Position numbers and translations under genes: made by a program | Notes under the pieces: model-generated | Seen by the model: the letters and a program-made list of their open reading frames with translations, nothing else | Database searches by the model: none | What the model was told of the DNA's origin: nothing | DNA from: a phage | Strand: one strand, 5' to 3' | DNA length: 44,086 nt | Assembly (NCBI GenBank): GCA_021132495.1 | Contig: GCA_021132495.1_4335.1 | Shown: positions 1-7,869 of the stretch, one piece after another | Position numbering within the stretch: the stretch's first letter is position 1 | Layout: each line of letters opens with the position of its first letter

Positions 1-203
1 GTCGTCGGCACGAGCATCATGATTAGATGCCGTTGTGTATATGCCTTAGTTACCGGGATTGTGTATCTTCCTGTCTTAATCCACCAGCCATACTCACAGG
101 AATCCAGTACATTGAAAACATCACCCACATTTACGCCTATTTTCTCGAGAGTATCACCATCTTCTTCGTAGATAACGGTGTTATCTGTAATTATGATTTG
201 CAT
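1..203 (-). CDS. hypothetical protein, partial (ATG at 203..201, runs off the window start)
   Basis: Open minus-strand frame from ATG overlapping the stop of the upstream gene (TGATG) to the window edge; no stop inside the window. Confidence 0.35.
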   Translation of the reverse strand, partial: MQIIITDNTVIYEEDGDTLEKIGVNVGDVFNVLDSCEYGWWIKTGRYTIPVTKAYTQRHLIMMLVPT

Positions 204-397
204 CACTTCACCCCTTTGAATTTAAAATTGTTGCCGATGAGTGTTAAATTATCTCTGAAAGCGTAACCATGTTTCTTTCGTACAAGAACCCATACGTCTA
301 CAGCGGTACTATATTCATCCTCATTCTGGGTAACTATTACGTACTGTCCGCCGCGTTTTGTTTTAACCAACTGACCCTTCTTAAACATAACCATCAC
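203..397 (-). CDS. hypothetical protein (64 aa)
   Basis: ORF track; tightly packed with neighbouring minus-strand genes. Confidence 0.5.
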   Translation of the reverse strand: MMVMFKKGQLVKTKRGGQYVIVTQNEDEYSTAVDVWVLVRKKHGYAFRDNLTLIGNNFKFKGVK

Positions 398-406
398 TCC
401 TCTGTC

Positions 407-625
407 TTATTTAAAGTAGATAGCAAATTTCTTGTAACCCGCTGGCTCGTTACGAAGTCCTTTACCGTTAGCGAAACGTTGTACGTTAACAAAATCATTT
501 TCATCCATTCCGTCGGTGTCGAACGTAAAGAAGTTGCGCTTGTTCCCGATAATTACGCGCTCTGAGATATCGATGCCGTAAACTTCTTTGATTGCGGAAA
601 CTACGCTTGCGGTCGCTTTGTTCAT
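407..625 (-). CDS. hypothetical protein (72 aa)
   Basis: ORF track; first gene downstream of the minus-strand promoter at 660-688. Confidence 0.55.
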   Translation of the reverse strand: MNKATASVVSAIKEVYGIDISERVIIGNKRNFFTFDTDGMDENDFVNVQRFANGKGLRNEPAGYKKFAIYFK

Positions 626-659
626 TTCTAAATTCCTTATGTCTCGTTCCGATAAGTGA

Positions 660-688
660 ATAGTATCCTATTATGTTGGGGTGTGCAA
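660..688 (-). promoter_or_regulatory. sigma70-like promoter TTGCAC-N17-TACTAT carrying the palindrome AATAG-gata-CTATT
   Basis: Reverse complement of 660-688 reads TTGCAC, 17-nt spacer, TACTAT; same motif as at 23616 and 33233. Confidence 0.45.
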
Positions 689-736
689 GATAATAGTTAC
701 GTTGCCGTTGTGATTCTTTTGTTTCTTTAAAGAGTA

Positions 737-756
737 CGCAACGCAGCGGGTGGGCT
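737..756. other. GC-rich hairpin (gggtgggc-taaa-gcccaccc)
   Basis: Perfect 8-bp stem with 4-nt loop in the intergenic region; no clean U-tract. Confidence 0.3.
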
Positions 757-854
757 AAAGCCCACCCCAGCGGAGTGAAGTACTCTCTACCTTGCTTACG
801 GCAACTATAGAAACTTTTAATTATTAGTGACTTGGGTTATTTAGACGGGATTTA

Positions 855-998
855 CAATAGAGTATGGCCCTTCCGAATGCAGGCAGCGACACTACACTCA
901 GTGCTGACGCACCGCTCCGTTTCCTGCCGCACCGCGGTCGCTTGTTCATACTTCACAAGCTCAGGTGGAGCTTAGCACATTTCTTAGTAAAAGTCAAT
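855..998. repeat. copy A of a ~145-bp repeated intergenic element (second copy at 33024-33167)
   Basis: About 85% identical to 33024-33167 by hand alignment; conserved arms, variable centre; contains hairpin aagctc-aggtg-gagctt at 957-973. Confidence 0.8.
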
Positions 999-1044
999 AC
1001 CATTAGCATCTTTTGTATATCAGTAACTTTGTGTGGTGTTTTGG

Positions 1045-1073
1045 TTGCTTTTACATTCACGCTATCCTATACT
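1045..1073 (+). promoter_or_regulatory. candidate sigma70 promoter TTGCTT-N17-TATACT for the plus-strand early operon
   Basis: Hexamers with 17-nt spacing about 30 nt upstream of the RBS/ATG at 1105. Confidence 0.4.
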
Positions 1074-1104
1074 CGTTTTCACCAAACAAACAGGAGATAT
1101 AAAA

Positions 1105-1287
1105 ATGCAGCATTACATGACACAGAATGAAGTGGCTGAACGTATCGGGGTGACACGTCAAACAATTAATAACTGGTTGCGCAGCGGTAAATTCCCTGAT
1201 TGCTGTATTAAGGTTATGGGTCGCCGTTTACCAGGAACATTTGACCGTAATAAAGTTGAAGCATGGATTAAGGAGAACGTGAAATGA
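1105..1287 (+). CDS. small HTH DNA-binding protein (AlpA/MerR-like)
   Basis: RBS caggag before ATG at 1105; motif EVAERIGVTRQTINNWLRSGKFP typical of AlpA/excisionase-type HTH; ORF track start at 1033 judged too far upstream. Confidence 0.6.
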   Translation: MQHYMTQNEVAERIGVTRQTINNWLRSGKFPDCCIKVMGRRLPGTFDRNKVEAWIKENVK

Positions 1288-1496
1288 TTGGGCGTATGGG
1301 TTGTTACTTTGAAAACTGTAAAGTTAAATACCGGTTTAAGTTTGCGCCGGAAATTACTGACAGCGGATTCTATGCGGAAATATGTAAGCCTAATCATTTG
1401 TTGGAACCGACACGCATTATTAAGATGCCAATCGAGGCTTTAAGTAAGTGTCGTTTCTACGCTTCGGAGCGTGCGTGGATTGCGGGCGTTAAGTAA
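1284..1496 (+). CDS. hypothetical protein (70 aa)
   Basis: ORF track; start overlaps the upstream stop. Confidence 0.45.
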   Translation: MIGRMGCYFENCKVKYRFKFAPEITDSGFYAEICKPNHLLEPTRIIKMPIEALSKCRFYASERAWIAGVK

Positions 1497-1564
1497 AAGA
1501 AACCCCAACGCCAGAACGTCGGGGCTAAAGTACAAATCATCAAAGTAAGCATAAGGATTATACA

Positions 1565-1693
1565 ATGACAAAGTTAATAGTTCCACAGCTACGCCGCCAG
1601 AAACACGGCGCTGACTTCTTCGCACCGGTAAAGATGAACCGCGCAATGCGCCGTATGCAGGAAGCCTTAGAACGTGCGGAGAAAAAGAAATGA
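1565..1693 (+). CDS. small basic hypothetical protein (42 aa)
   Basis: Manual ORF with RBS aagga; stop overlaps the ATG of the next gene (ATGA). Confidence 0.3.
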   Translation: MTKLIVPQLRRQKHGADFFAPVKMNRAMRRMQEALERAEKKK

Positions 1694-3942
1694 ATATTGT
1701 TTTTGCAACGCTGCGCAACACATTCGATAAAAACCCTGTAGCGCGTGAGATGCCTCTCGAGCAGTTTGTGGAGTATGTCTGCGATACATCGAAGCGTTTA
1801 TCCGTGGATCCGTCGTGGTCTAAGGAAGAGTACGACGCTGCCAAGATTAAGCAGAAAGCTATTGCGCCTGTTGGGGGTCGCCGTAAAAGCGCTATCCTGG
1901 AAGACAGTGTGGTTAAGTTCGATTTTGACCATCTCAACCGTACTCAGTACCGCGACCTTACCCGCAAATTCAAGAACGCACCGTTCTTCAATATTCTGCA
2001 TACAACGGCATCGCATCAGCATGTGTGTAAAAACGGTGATTACGCCTTCCGCGTTCTGGTTCCGGCTCGCACGCCGTTTAACTCTAACGACGCGTGGATG
2101 GTCCAACGGGCTATTTGTGCAGAGTTAGAAATAGATGAAGCCTTGCGTGACCACTGCACGGAAGACGGCAACCGCCTTATCTATCTACCACATAGAGAGT
2201 CAAAGATAACGGTTACAGAAGGGCGTGTTATCCGTGCCGAGCGGTACATCAAGAAAGCCGAAGAGATGGGGTTGAGTAAACGTGAAGTTAAGACACTTGC
2301 CGCCGATGAGTATGGGCTTAACGCTGATATAGCGCATTTCTGCGAAGCCGAGCTTGGCCTTGACGCTTTATCTTCCGGGCGCGGGTACGAAGTCCCATGC
2401 CCTAACGAACATCTGCATACAGGCAAAGGCTCCACAAGCATCATGCTTGATGGTAAAGAAGTGCGCTTTGTGTGCCAGCATACAAACAACGGCGCTTGCA
2501 CCGAGCTTAACCGCCGACAGCATTTGGCCCTGCGTATGTGCGGCCTGCCAGACGAGCTTAACGTAGACAAGCAACCTATCAGTATTAACAGCATTCGTGC
2601 GGCTCTGCCTGATTTACCGGATGAAGAGATTGAAGAACTGCACCGCACAGAGAACGAGGAGCCTGTAACTTGCACGCTGGAAGACCTTGAAGAAGAGGAC
2701 GAGTTACCAGAACCGGTAAAGGCTGATTTCGTCGTTGAGGGGTACATGCCGTCGGATTGTATCTGGGATATTGTCGGGGAATCCGGCACGTACAAATCAT
2801 TCTATACGCTGGGGATGATGTACCTGAGCGCCGCCGGGTACCGGTTTGCGGGGGCTGACACCCAACGTTGCCACCATTTCTATATTGACGGCGAGGGTGG
2901 TGCAGCTACACGAACACGTATTGATGCACTCGCGGCTAAATATGGCGAGGAAGGTAAAGATTATGTACATGTCATCGATATGGGCGAAATACTCGCTACG
3001 CATGGTGATAAAAAAATTCCAGCTCTAATCCGCAGGATGCGCGAAACCGCAGGGGATGAACCTATTGGCATGGTTGCCTTCGACACCCTTAACCAGACGC
3101 TGGCCCTGACGATTGATAAGTTCGACGAGAACAGTTCATCAACGGCAATCGGTATGGGTAAAGTTATCGCCATCCTGAAAGAAGTGCGCGATGCAACTAA
3201 AGCCGCTGTCGGTGTCGTTCACCATACTCCGAAGGGCGGAAAGAAAGCCCGCGGCAGTGGAGCATTGTATGCGGGTGTCGACGTGGAACTGACAATCGAA
3301 CGCGCTACCGACCGTCAGATAAACGTATACCACTCTAAATTTAAGCACGGTCCTCAACAGAAGACGGTTGGCATGGTACTGGAGTCTGTACAGTTCCGTG
3401 AAGCACCGCCGCCGAAAGAGTACCGCGCGGTTGAGTTCCTCGGTAGCACAGAGGAATACGGCACAATAGTAAACCTCGACCTGCCTGAGCCGCACAAGGC
3501 GCTTGTATTGATGCCGTGGGGCTTCGAGCCATTCAAGACCGACGAGGAGAAAGAGAGGGGAGAAGGGTTAACTAACGAAGGTAAACAAAATGTACGTAAA
3601 ACCATAGAGAACGCCGTCAACAGTTCCGAGGCCACGATACTCGCGGCGTTTGAACTGGCGGAGGGGACCTACAACGGCAACGAGGGCATCACGGTATCCG
3701 CAGCGAATAAGCTCGCGCAGTCTGACCCCAACGCAAAGGCGTTTAACTCCAAAGAAGCCATAGAACGCGGGAAGATTAAGAAAATGGTTGAGGCTGGGTA
3801 TCTTGTTCCGGGTACTGACGAAAACAATCAGATAATCCCAGGCCGTTACAGACTGAACACCATGATAACAGATAACAAGATTCCGAAGACAATATACGAA
3901 CCGAATGAAATGCTGACAGTGACCGAGGAGGATTTGGAATGA
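1690..3942 (+). CDS. replicative primase-helicase-like protein (RecA/DnaB-type P-loop ATPase, Zn-binding region)
   Basis: 750 aa; Walker A GESGTYKS; Cys/His cluster CPNEHLH...CQHTNNGAC; acidic C-terminus TEEDLE. Confidence 0.6.
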   Translation: MNIVFATLRNTFDKNPVAREMPLEQFVEYVCDTSKRLSVDPSWSKEEYDAAKIKQKAIAPVGGRRKSAILEDSVVKFDFDHLNRTQYRDLTRKFKNAPFFNILHTTASHQHVCKNGDYAFRVLVPARTPFNSNDAWMVQRAICAELEIDEALRDHCTEDGNRLIYLPHRESKITVTEGRVIRAERYIKKAEEMGLSKREVKTLAADEYGLNADIAHFCEAELGLDALSSGRGYEVPCPNEHLHTGKGSTSIMLDGKEVRFVCQHTNNGACTELNRRQHLALRMCGLPDELNVDKQPISINSIRAALPDLPDEEIEELHRTENEEPVTCTLEDLEEEDELPEPVKADFVVEGYMPSDCIWDIVGESGTYKSFYTLGMMYLSAAGYRFAGADTQRCHHFYIDGEGGAATRTRIDALAAKYGEEGKDYVHVIDMGEILATHGDKKIPALIRRMRETAGDEPIGMVAFDTLNQTLALTIDKFDENSSSTAIGMGKVIAILKEVRDATKAAVGVVHHTPKGGKKARGSGALYAGVDVELTIERATDRQINVYHSKFKHGPQQKTVGMVLESVQFREAPPPKEYRAVEFLGSTEEYGTIVNLDLPEPHKALVLMPWGFEPFKTDEEKERGEGLTNEGKQNVRKTIENAVNSSEATILAAFELAEGTYNGNEGITVSAANKLAQSDPNAKAFNSKEAIERGKIKKMVEAGYLVPGTDENNQIIPGRYRLNTMITDNKIPKTIYEPNEMLTVTEEDLE

Positions 3943-4253
3943 ATATTTACGATTTTATAGATAACCCGTTTAAAGCAGTGAAGGCAGGATACCGCCCGTC
4001 ATACCTGACATGTGTTTCCGCTGTAAGCAACAACTGGTGGACTTTTTGTGTGTATGCAGCGGGGATTTTTGCGGAGTTTAAAGACATTTTAGACATGACG
4101 CTGGCAGAGATTATAAAGTGCCTTTTCAAATTAATTATATCGATAACTATTGTTATAAGTTTTCCTGTAAGTGCGTGGTTTCTCGCCTGGATTCAGTACC
4201 TGAACGTGCAACACACTATTAAGAATTTGGAAGAACTCGATAAGTTGCTATAA
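3939..4253 (+). CDS. membrane protein (C-terminal hydrophobic segment)
   Basis: ORF track; ATGA overlap with the upstream gene. Confidence 0.5.
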   Translation: MNIYDFIDNPFKAVKAGYRPSYLTCVSAVSNNWWTFCVYAAGIFAEFKDILDMTLAEIIKCLFKLIISITIVISFPVSAWFLAWIQYLNVQHTIKNLEELDKLL

Positions 4254-4257
4254 AAAG

Positions 4258-4277
4258 AAAGGGGCTTTAAGCCCCTT
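4258..4277. terminator. bidirectional intrinsic terminator (aaggggct-tta-agcccctt)
   Basis: Perfect hairpin between convergent genes 3939..4253 (+) and 4267..4482 (-), A/T flanks. Confidence 0.6.
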
Positions 4278-4482
4278 CACCTAACGCCAGCCACTTGGCG
4301 TCTACTTCCAGAACTTCCGCCAGTTTGAACAGCGTTGCCGGGCGGACGTCCTGAGTTACTCCAAGTGCCAGTTGGTTAATCGCGCCCTGGGAAACGCCGG
4401 TCAGGGCCGCCAAACGGCGCTGGGAGATGCCGAGTTCTTTACGGCGTTGTTCTACACGGATACCTAGTTCAGATGGTTGCAT
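4267..4482 (-). CDS. XRE-family HTH transcriptional regulator (Cro/CI-like)
   Basis: 71 aa; motif ISQRRLAALTGVSQGAINQLALG; RBS aaggag; transcribed divergently from the early operon. Confidence 0.8.
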   Translation of the reverse strand: MQPSELGIRVEQRRKELGISQRRLAALTGVSQGAINQLALGVTQDVRPATLFKLAEVLEVDAKWLALGEGA

Positions 4483-4502
4483 GTCAATTACTCCTTAGTC
4501 AG

Positions 4503-4531
4503 TTGATATGTGAATAGTACCATATTAATTA
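4503..4531 (+). promoter_or_regulatory. weaker promoter-like element TTGATA-N17-TAATTA with palindrome half-site variant (AATAG-tacc-ATATT)
   Basis: In the divergent control region between the XRE gene and the gene at 4604. Confidence 0.35.
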
Positions 4532-4546
4532 TTTTAGAAAAGCCCA

Positions 4547-4575
4547 TTGACATGTGAATAGTTCGCTATTATAGT
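4547..4575 (+). promoter_or_regulatory. sigma70 promoter TTGACA-N17-TATAGT with embedded palindrome AATAG-ttcg-CTATT
   Basis: Consensus -35 and near-consensus -10 at 17-nt spacing, about 30 nt upstream of the gene at 4604. Confidence 0.6.
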
Positions 4576-4603
4576 TAGCCCATACCAAACGAGAGGGGCA
4601 GAT

Positions 4604-4831
4604 ATGAACACAATAACGGGAGCCATAGCTAAAGGTTTTCTAGCAATTTTCGGAGAATCGCAGGAAGTGTGCACAAAACATAAATTTGTACTTTCTTGCG
4701 TAGTCGGGGACGAGTTTGATGGGTTCGATAAACTTGTTGTCTGCGACCATTGCGGGCAAGAAGCTATTCAACACCCAAACGGTAAATTTGAATTAATAGA
4801 CGATAGCCTTACAGAAGGCGACGGCGAGTAA
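4604..4831 (+). CDS. hypothetical Cys-containing protein (possible Zn ribbon)
   Basis: ORF track; motif CDHCGQ. Confidence 0.5.
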   Translation: MNTITGAIAKGFLAIFGESQEVCTKHKFVLSCVVGDEFDGFDKLVVCDHCGQEAIQHPNGKFELIDDSLTEGDGE

Positions 4832-4855
4832 CCCAAATAAACAGGAGAATAAATA

Positions 4856-5356
4856 ATGTTAGAGAAATTCTTAGTATTACTGGAACGTTTCGTAGTTGCG
4901 CATGAACTGATTGCTGCGAACAGTGCGAAACAAGTTGTTCAGGTTGCCACGCCGCTGGAAGTAGAGACGGTATCGTACACCAAAGAAGCGGTAGATGAGT
5001 GCGCTGAAGAAGCAACAAAAGAAATCCCGGTCGAGGGTGAAGACGTAGTTGACACTAAACCGGCGGAGGAAGAGAAGCCAAAACGCAAGCCGCGTAAAGC
5101 TAAAGTAGAGGAACCTGCGCCAGAACCGGAAGAAGAGAAAGAAGAAGTCGATTACAAGTCTCTGCGTGACCAGATTCAGGCCATCGACGATGCAATTAAT
5201 GAAGGTCCTAGCGATGCCGCGTGCGATGATTCTGATGAACTGCTGGAAGAGTTCACAGGTAAGAAGATGAAGATTGCCGCGATTAAAGACGAAGACCTGG
5301 TTGAGTACCTGGAACGCCTGACAGCAATCAAGAACAAGTATTTCGAAGAAGAATAA
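4856..5356 (+). CDS. acidic, Lys/Glu-rich hypothetical protein
   Basis: ORF track; low-complexity EEEKPKRKPRKAKVEEP region. Confidence 0.55.
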   Translation: MLEKFLVLLERFVVAHELIAANSAKQVVQVATPLEVETVSYTKEAVDECAEEATKEIPVEGEDVVDTKPAEEEKPKRKPRKAKVEEPAPEPEEEKEEVDYKSLRDQIQAIDDAINEGPSDAACDDSDELLEEFTGKKMKIAAIKDEDLVEYLERLTAIKNKYFEEE

Positions 5357-5363
5357 CTATCTC

Positions 5364-5385
5364 GCGGCCTTCGGGCCGCTTTAAC
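5364..5385 (+). terminator. candidate intrinsic terminator (gcggcc-ttcg-ggccgc + TTT)
   Basis: GC hairpin with short T run directly after the gene ending at 5356. Confidence 0.4.
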
Positions 5386-5399
5386 GGAGGGGCGGAAAT

Positions 5400-5672
5400 A
5401 TGATTTACCAACTCTACCGCGCCGTAGACAGGCGGGATAACACAGAGGCGTTGTGGCTGTTGCGTGCGCCGTCCGGTGCGCACCAGATGGAAGAGATGGC
5501 GTACTTAGGCAAAGTACCGCGTCCTAAAGATATAGGTCGTCACGTGTCGCGGATTAAACGCACGACATTCGCCAAGCCCGACTTTTATGTCTTCGAGTCG
5601 ATGTATGGATGGGCCTTACATTGCGACCACAAGACACGGCATTTAATTGACCAGTGGGAGAACAGAGCATGA
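5400..5672 (+). CDS. hypothetical protein (90 aa)
   Basis: ORF track; stop overlaps the next ATG. Confidence 0.45.
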   Translation: MIYQLYRAVDRRDNTEALWLLRAPSGAHQMEEMAYLGKVPRPKDIGRHVSRIKRTTFAKPDFYVFESMYGWALHCDHKTRHLIDQWENRA

Positions 5673-6910
5673 AACTAAAAGAACGAGGCGGCAATAATGA
5701 TGTACACGCCTTACTGTCACCGTCAGGCGCTAAAAAGTGGCTGTCATGCGCTGCGTCGCTGGCGTGTGAAAAAGATATCCCTAACACGTCGGGTAAAGCC
5801 GCTGTACTAGGAACCGCCATGCACACCATAGCTGAGGTCCATCTCAACGCCTATATACGCGGCACTGCGTTGCCGTTAGAGCGTGAAGTCGGCGCTTACG
5901 TACTGGATGAAGGCAAAGGTCAGATTAAGGCGCTAATCAGCCTGATGAAAGGCGCGGTACTGATTACGGCGGACATGATTGAGCAGGTGCGCAAGTACAC
6001 CGACTACTGCAAAGCGATTATAGACGTAGCGACTTACGCCAAGCTGGAAATGCGTGTCAATCTTACTGAGGTATTGCATCCGGGGTATGAAGGCGTTGAG
6101 ACGTTCGGAACCGCTGACCTCGTTGCTGTCCAGGAACTGGCAAACACCGACGAGCACATGCTCATTATCGGCGACCTGAAAACCGGGCGGCATCGCGTCG
6201 AAGCGAAAGAAAACAAGCAGCTTATGCTTTACGCTCTCGGTGTTTATCGTCGACTCAAGAGACGTTATAACATAACAACCGTTCGTCTGGTCATCTTCCA
6301 GCCTTACGCTGGGGGTGCGACAGAGTGGGACATCTCGGTTGAAGGACTGGAACTGTTCGCTAAGTTCGCACAGAAACGCGCGCTGTTAGCGCTTGATGCG
6401 TATTTCCGTGGCAAGAAGAACCTGAAAGCGTCGGACTTCAAGCCATCGGTAGATGGTTGTCAGTGGTGCCGGTTCTCTGAACAATGCGCTGCGCGTACAA
6501 AGACGGTTAATTCTGTACTGGCGGAAGAACTGGAAGACGACTTTGTGCTGGAACTGACGCCGGAGCAACTCGTAGCTGAGTATGAGAAGTTGCCGCTGTT
6601 GCGCCAGCACATCGACAAGGTTGAGAAAGCTATGGCGGCCGCGTTGCATTCAGGTAAGAAAGTTCCTGGTTACAAGTTGGTTGAAGGCCGCCCGGGCAAT
6701 CGTGCATGGAAAGACGCGGAGAAAGTAACAGAACTCTACGGCGACAAGCTGACTAAAGAAGTGCTCATGTCACCTACCGAAGCTGTTAAAGTCATACCGG
6801 AAGAAGAACTGAAAGACTTCATTACCCGTAAGCCAGGCGCACCATGTGTCGCAACGGCAGACGACAAACGTCCTGAGTGGAATCAGGTAACAGAGGAGGA
6901 TTTGGAATGA
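5669..6910 (+). CDS. PD-(D/E)XK exonuclease, Cas4/RecB-like, with C-terminal Cys cluster
   Basis: Motif GDLKTGRHRVEAKENKQLMLYAL (D..K..Q..Y); CQWCRFSEQC; start moved to ATG 5669 after RBS gggag; acidic C-terminus TEEDLE. Confidence 0.7.
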   Translation: MKLKERGGNNDVHALLSPSGAKKWLSCAASLACEKDIPNTSGKAAVLGTAMHTIAEVHLNAYIRGTALPLEREVGAYVLDEGKGQIKALISLMKGAVLITADMIEQVRKYTDYCKAIIDVATYAKLEMRVNLTEVLHPGYEGVETFGTADLVAVQELANTDEHMLIIGDLKTGRHRVEAKENKQLMLYALGVYRRLKRRYNITTVRLVIFQPYAGGATEWDISVEGLELFAKFAQKRALLALDAYFRGKKNLKASDFKPSVDGCQWCRFSEQCAARTKTVNSVLAEELEDDFVLELTPEQLVAEYEKLPLLRQHIDKVEKAMAAALHSGKKVPGYKLVEGRPGNRAWKDAEKVTELYGDKLTKEVLMSPTEAVKVIPEEELKDFITRKPGAPCVATADDKRPEWNQVTEEDLE

Positions 6911-7110
6911 TTCAAGTAAATGAAATGCCCACAGATAAAGATTTTGTGATGATATGGCGCTGGGGCGGTTATATCCATTCGGAATCGTTTACGTTCCTGA
7001 ACGGCACGATGGTGCGATACAACCATGTGGAGGATGAATTCGAACCCGTTGATATGAATGATTTCGAGAACATAGTCCGTATTGCGAAATTTTATTTGAC
7101 ACCTGAATAG
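6907..7110 (+). CDS. hypothetical protein (67 aa)
   Basis: ATG at 6907 after RBS gaggagga, overlapping the upstream stop. Confidence 0.45.
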   Translation: MIQVNEMPTDKDFVMIWRWGGYIHSESFTFLNGTMVRYNHVEDEFEPVDMNDFENIVRIAKFYLTPE

Positions 7111-7124
7111 TTAGCTATTATAGT
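7096..7124 (+). promoter_or_regulatory. sigma70 promoter TTGACA-N17-TATAGT with embedded palindrome AATAG-ttag-CTATT
   Basis: Same architecture as 4547-4575; upstream of the gene at 7184. Confidence 0.6.
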
Positions 7125-7183
7125 TCTAATCACTGACCGGGCAGCTTCCCGGAGTAAACGAAACTTAAAAGCGAGAAATTAAG

Positions 7184-7810
7184 ATGGGTATTAAACTGAA
7201 TCTGCGTAAAGTAAACACTGCTTGGGTTAACGTATTTGAACGTGAAAAAGACCGTGAAAACGATGATGGCTCAATCACTAAAGGCCAGTACAGCGCGACT
7301 ATCATCCTGCCGTCTGACCATGCTCAAATCGATGCGCTCTACGACACCGTTTACGCTGTAGTTGAAGAAGCGTTAGGCGCAGCCGCTGCCGAGAAATGGA
7401 TGAAGTCCAACTACGGTGAAGGTAAGCACATGGATAAATGCGCGATTAAAGACATTGCCGAGCGCGACAATCCGTTTGAAGACTTCCCGGAAGGCTTCTA
7501 CTTCAAAGCGAAGGCACAGAAACAGCCGCTGATTGTAACCTCTAAAAAAGGTGAGACTCAGGTAGAGCAGGACTTCAACGTAGACGGCGAACAGATTGAA
7601 GGTGAACAGGTTTACAGCGGATGCTTAGCTAACGTAAGCGTTGAAATCTGGTTCAGCCAGAAATACAAAGTCCTCGGCGTTAACCTGCTGGCGATTAAAT
7701 ACGTTGGCGAAGGCAAAGCGTTCGGCGGTTCTAAAGTCGCTGCGAGCGTCAATGACCTGGAAGACGACGAAGAAGATGAAGCACCGCGCCGCGAACGTCG
7801 CCGCCGCTAA
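7184..7810 (+). CDS. putative ssDNA-binding protein with acidic C-terminal tail
   Basis: 208 aa, directly upstream of the DNA polymerase; C-terminal DLEDDEEDE; assignment by position and composition only. Confidence 0.4.
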   Translation: MGIKLNLRKVNTAWVNVFEREKDRENDDGSITKGQYSATIILPSDHAQIDALYDTVYAVVEEALGAAAAEKWMKSNYGEGKHMDKCAIKDIAERDNPFEDFPEGFYFKAKAQKQPLIVTSKKGETQVEQDFNVDGEQIEGEQVYSGCLANVSVEIWFSQKYKVLGVNLLAIKYVGEGKAFGGSKVAASVNDLEDDEEDEAPRRERRRR

Positions 7811-7829
7811 TATCTGAATCAATTTAACT

Positions 7830-7852
7830 AAGGCCCTTCATTGGGCCTTTTT
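7830..7852 (+). terminator. intrinsic terminator (aggccc-ttcatt-gggcct + TTTTT)
   Basis: Hairpin plus T-tract right after the gene ending at 7810. Confidence 0.6.
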
Positions 7853-7869
7853 ACTAGGGGTCAAAAATA

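Noticed and set aside
27-266. Plus-strand ORF at the window start
   Set aside because: Overlaps the coupled minus-strand genes and has no RBS or promoter context.
864-1130. Plus-strand ORF (88 aa) overlapping repeat copy A
   Set aside because: The homologous frame in copy B hits a stop after 8 codons, and the ORF crosses a promoter; probably not coding.
1105-1287. AlpA-like HTH gene considered as an excisionase of a lysogeny module
   Set aside because: No integrase or recombinase gene recognisable anywhere in the window.
1745-3635. Multiple track ORFs embedded in or antisense to the primase-helicase gene (e.g. 1745..2128, 2181..2795, 3139..3495)
   Set aside because: They lie entirely within a long well-supported gene, lack RBS and coupling, and are typical of GC-rich sequence.
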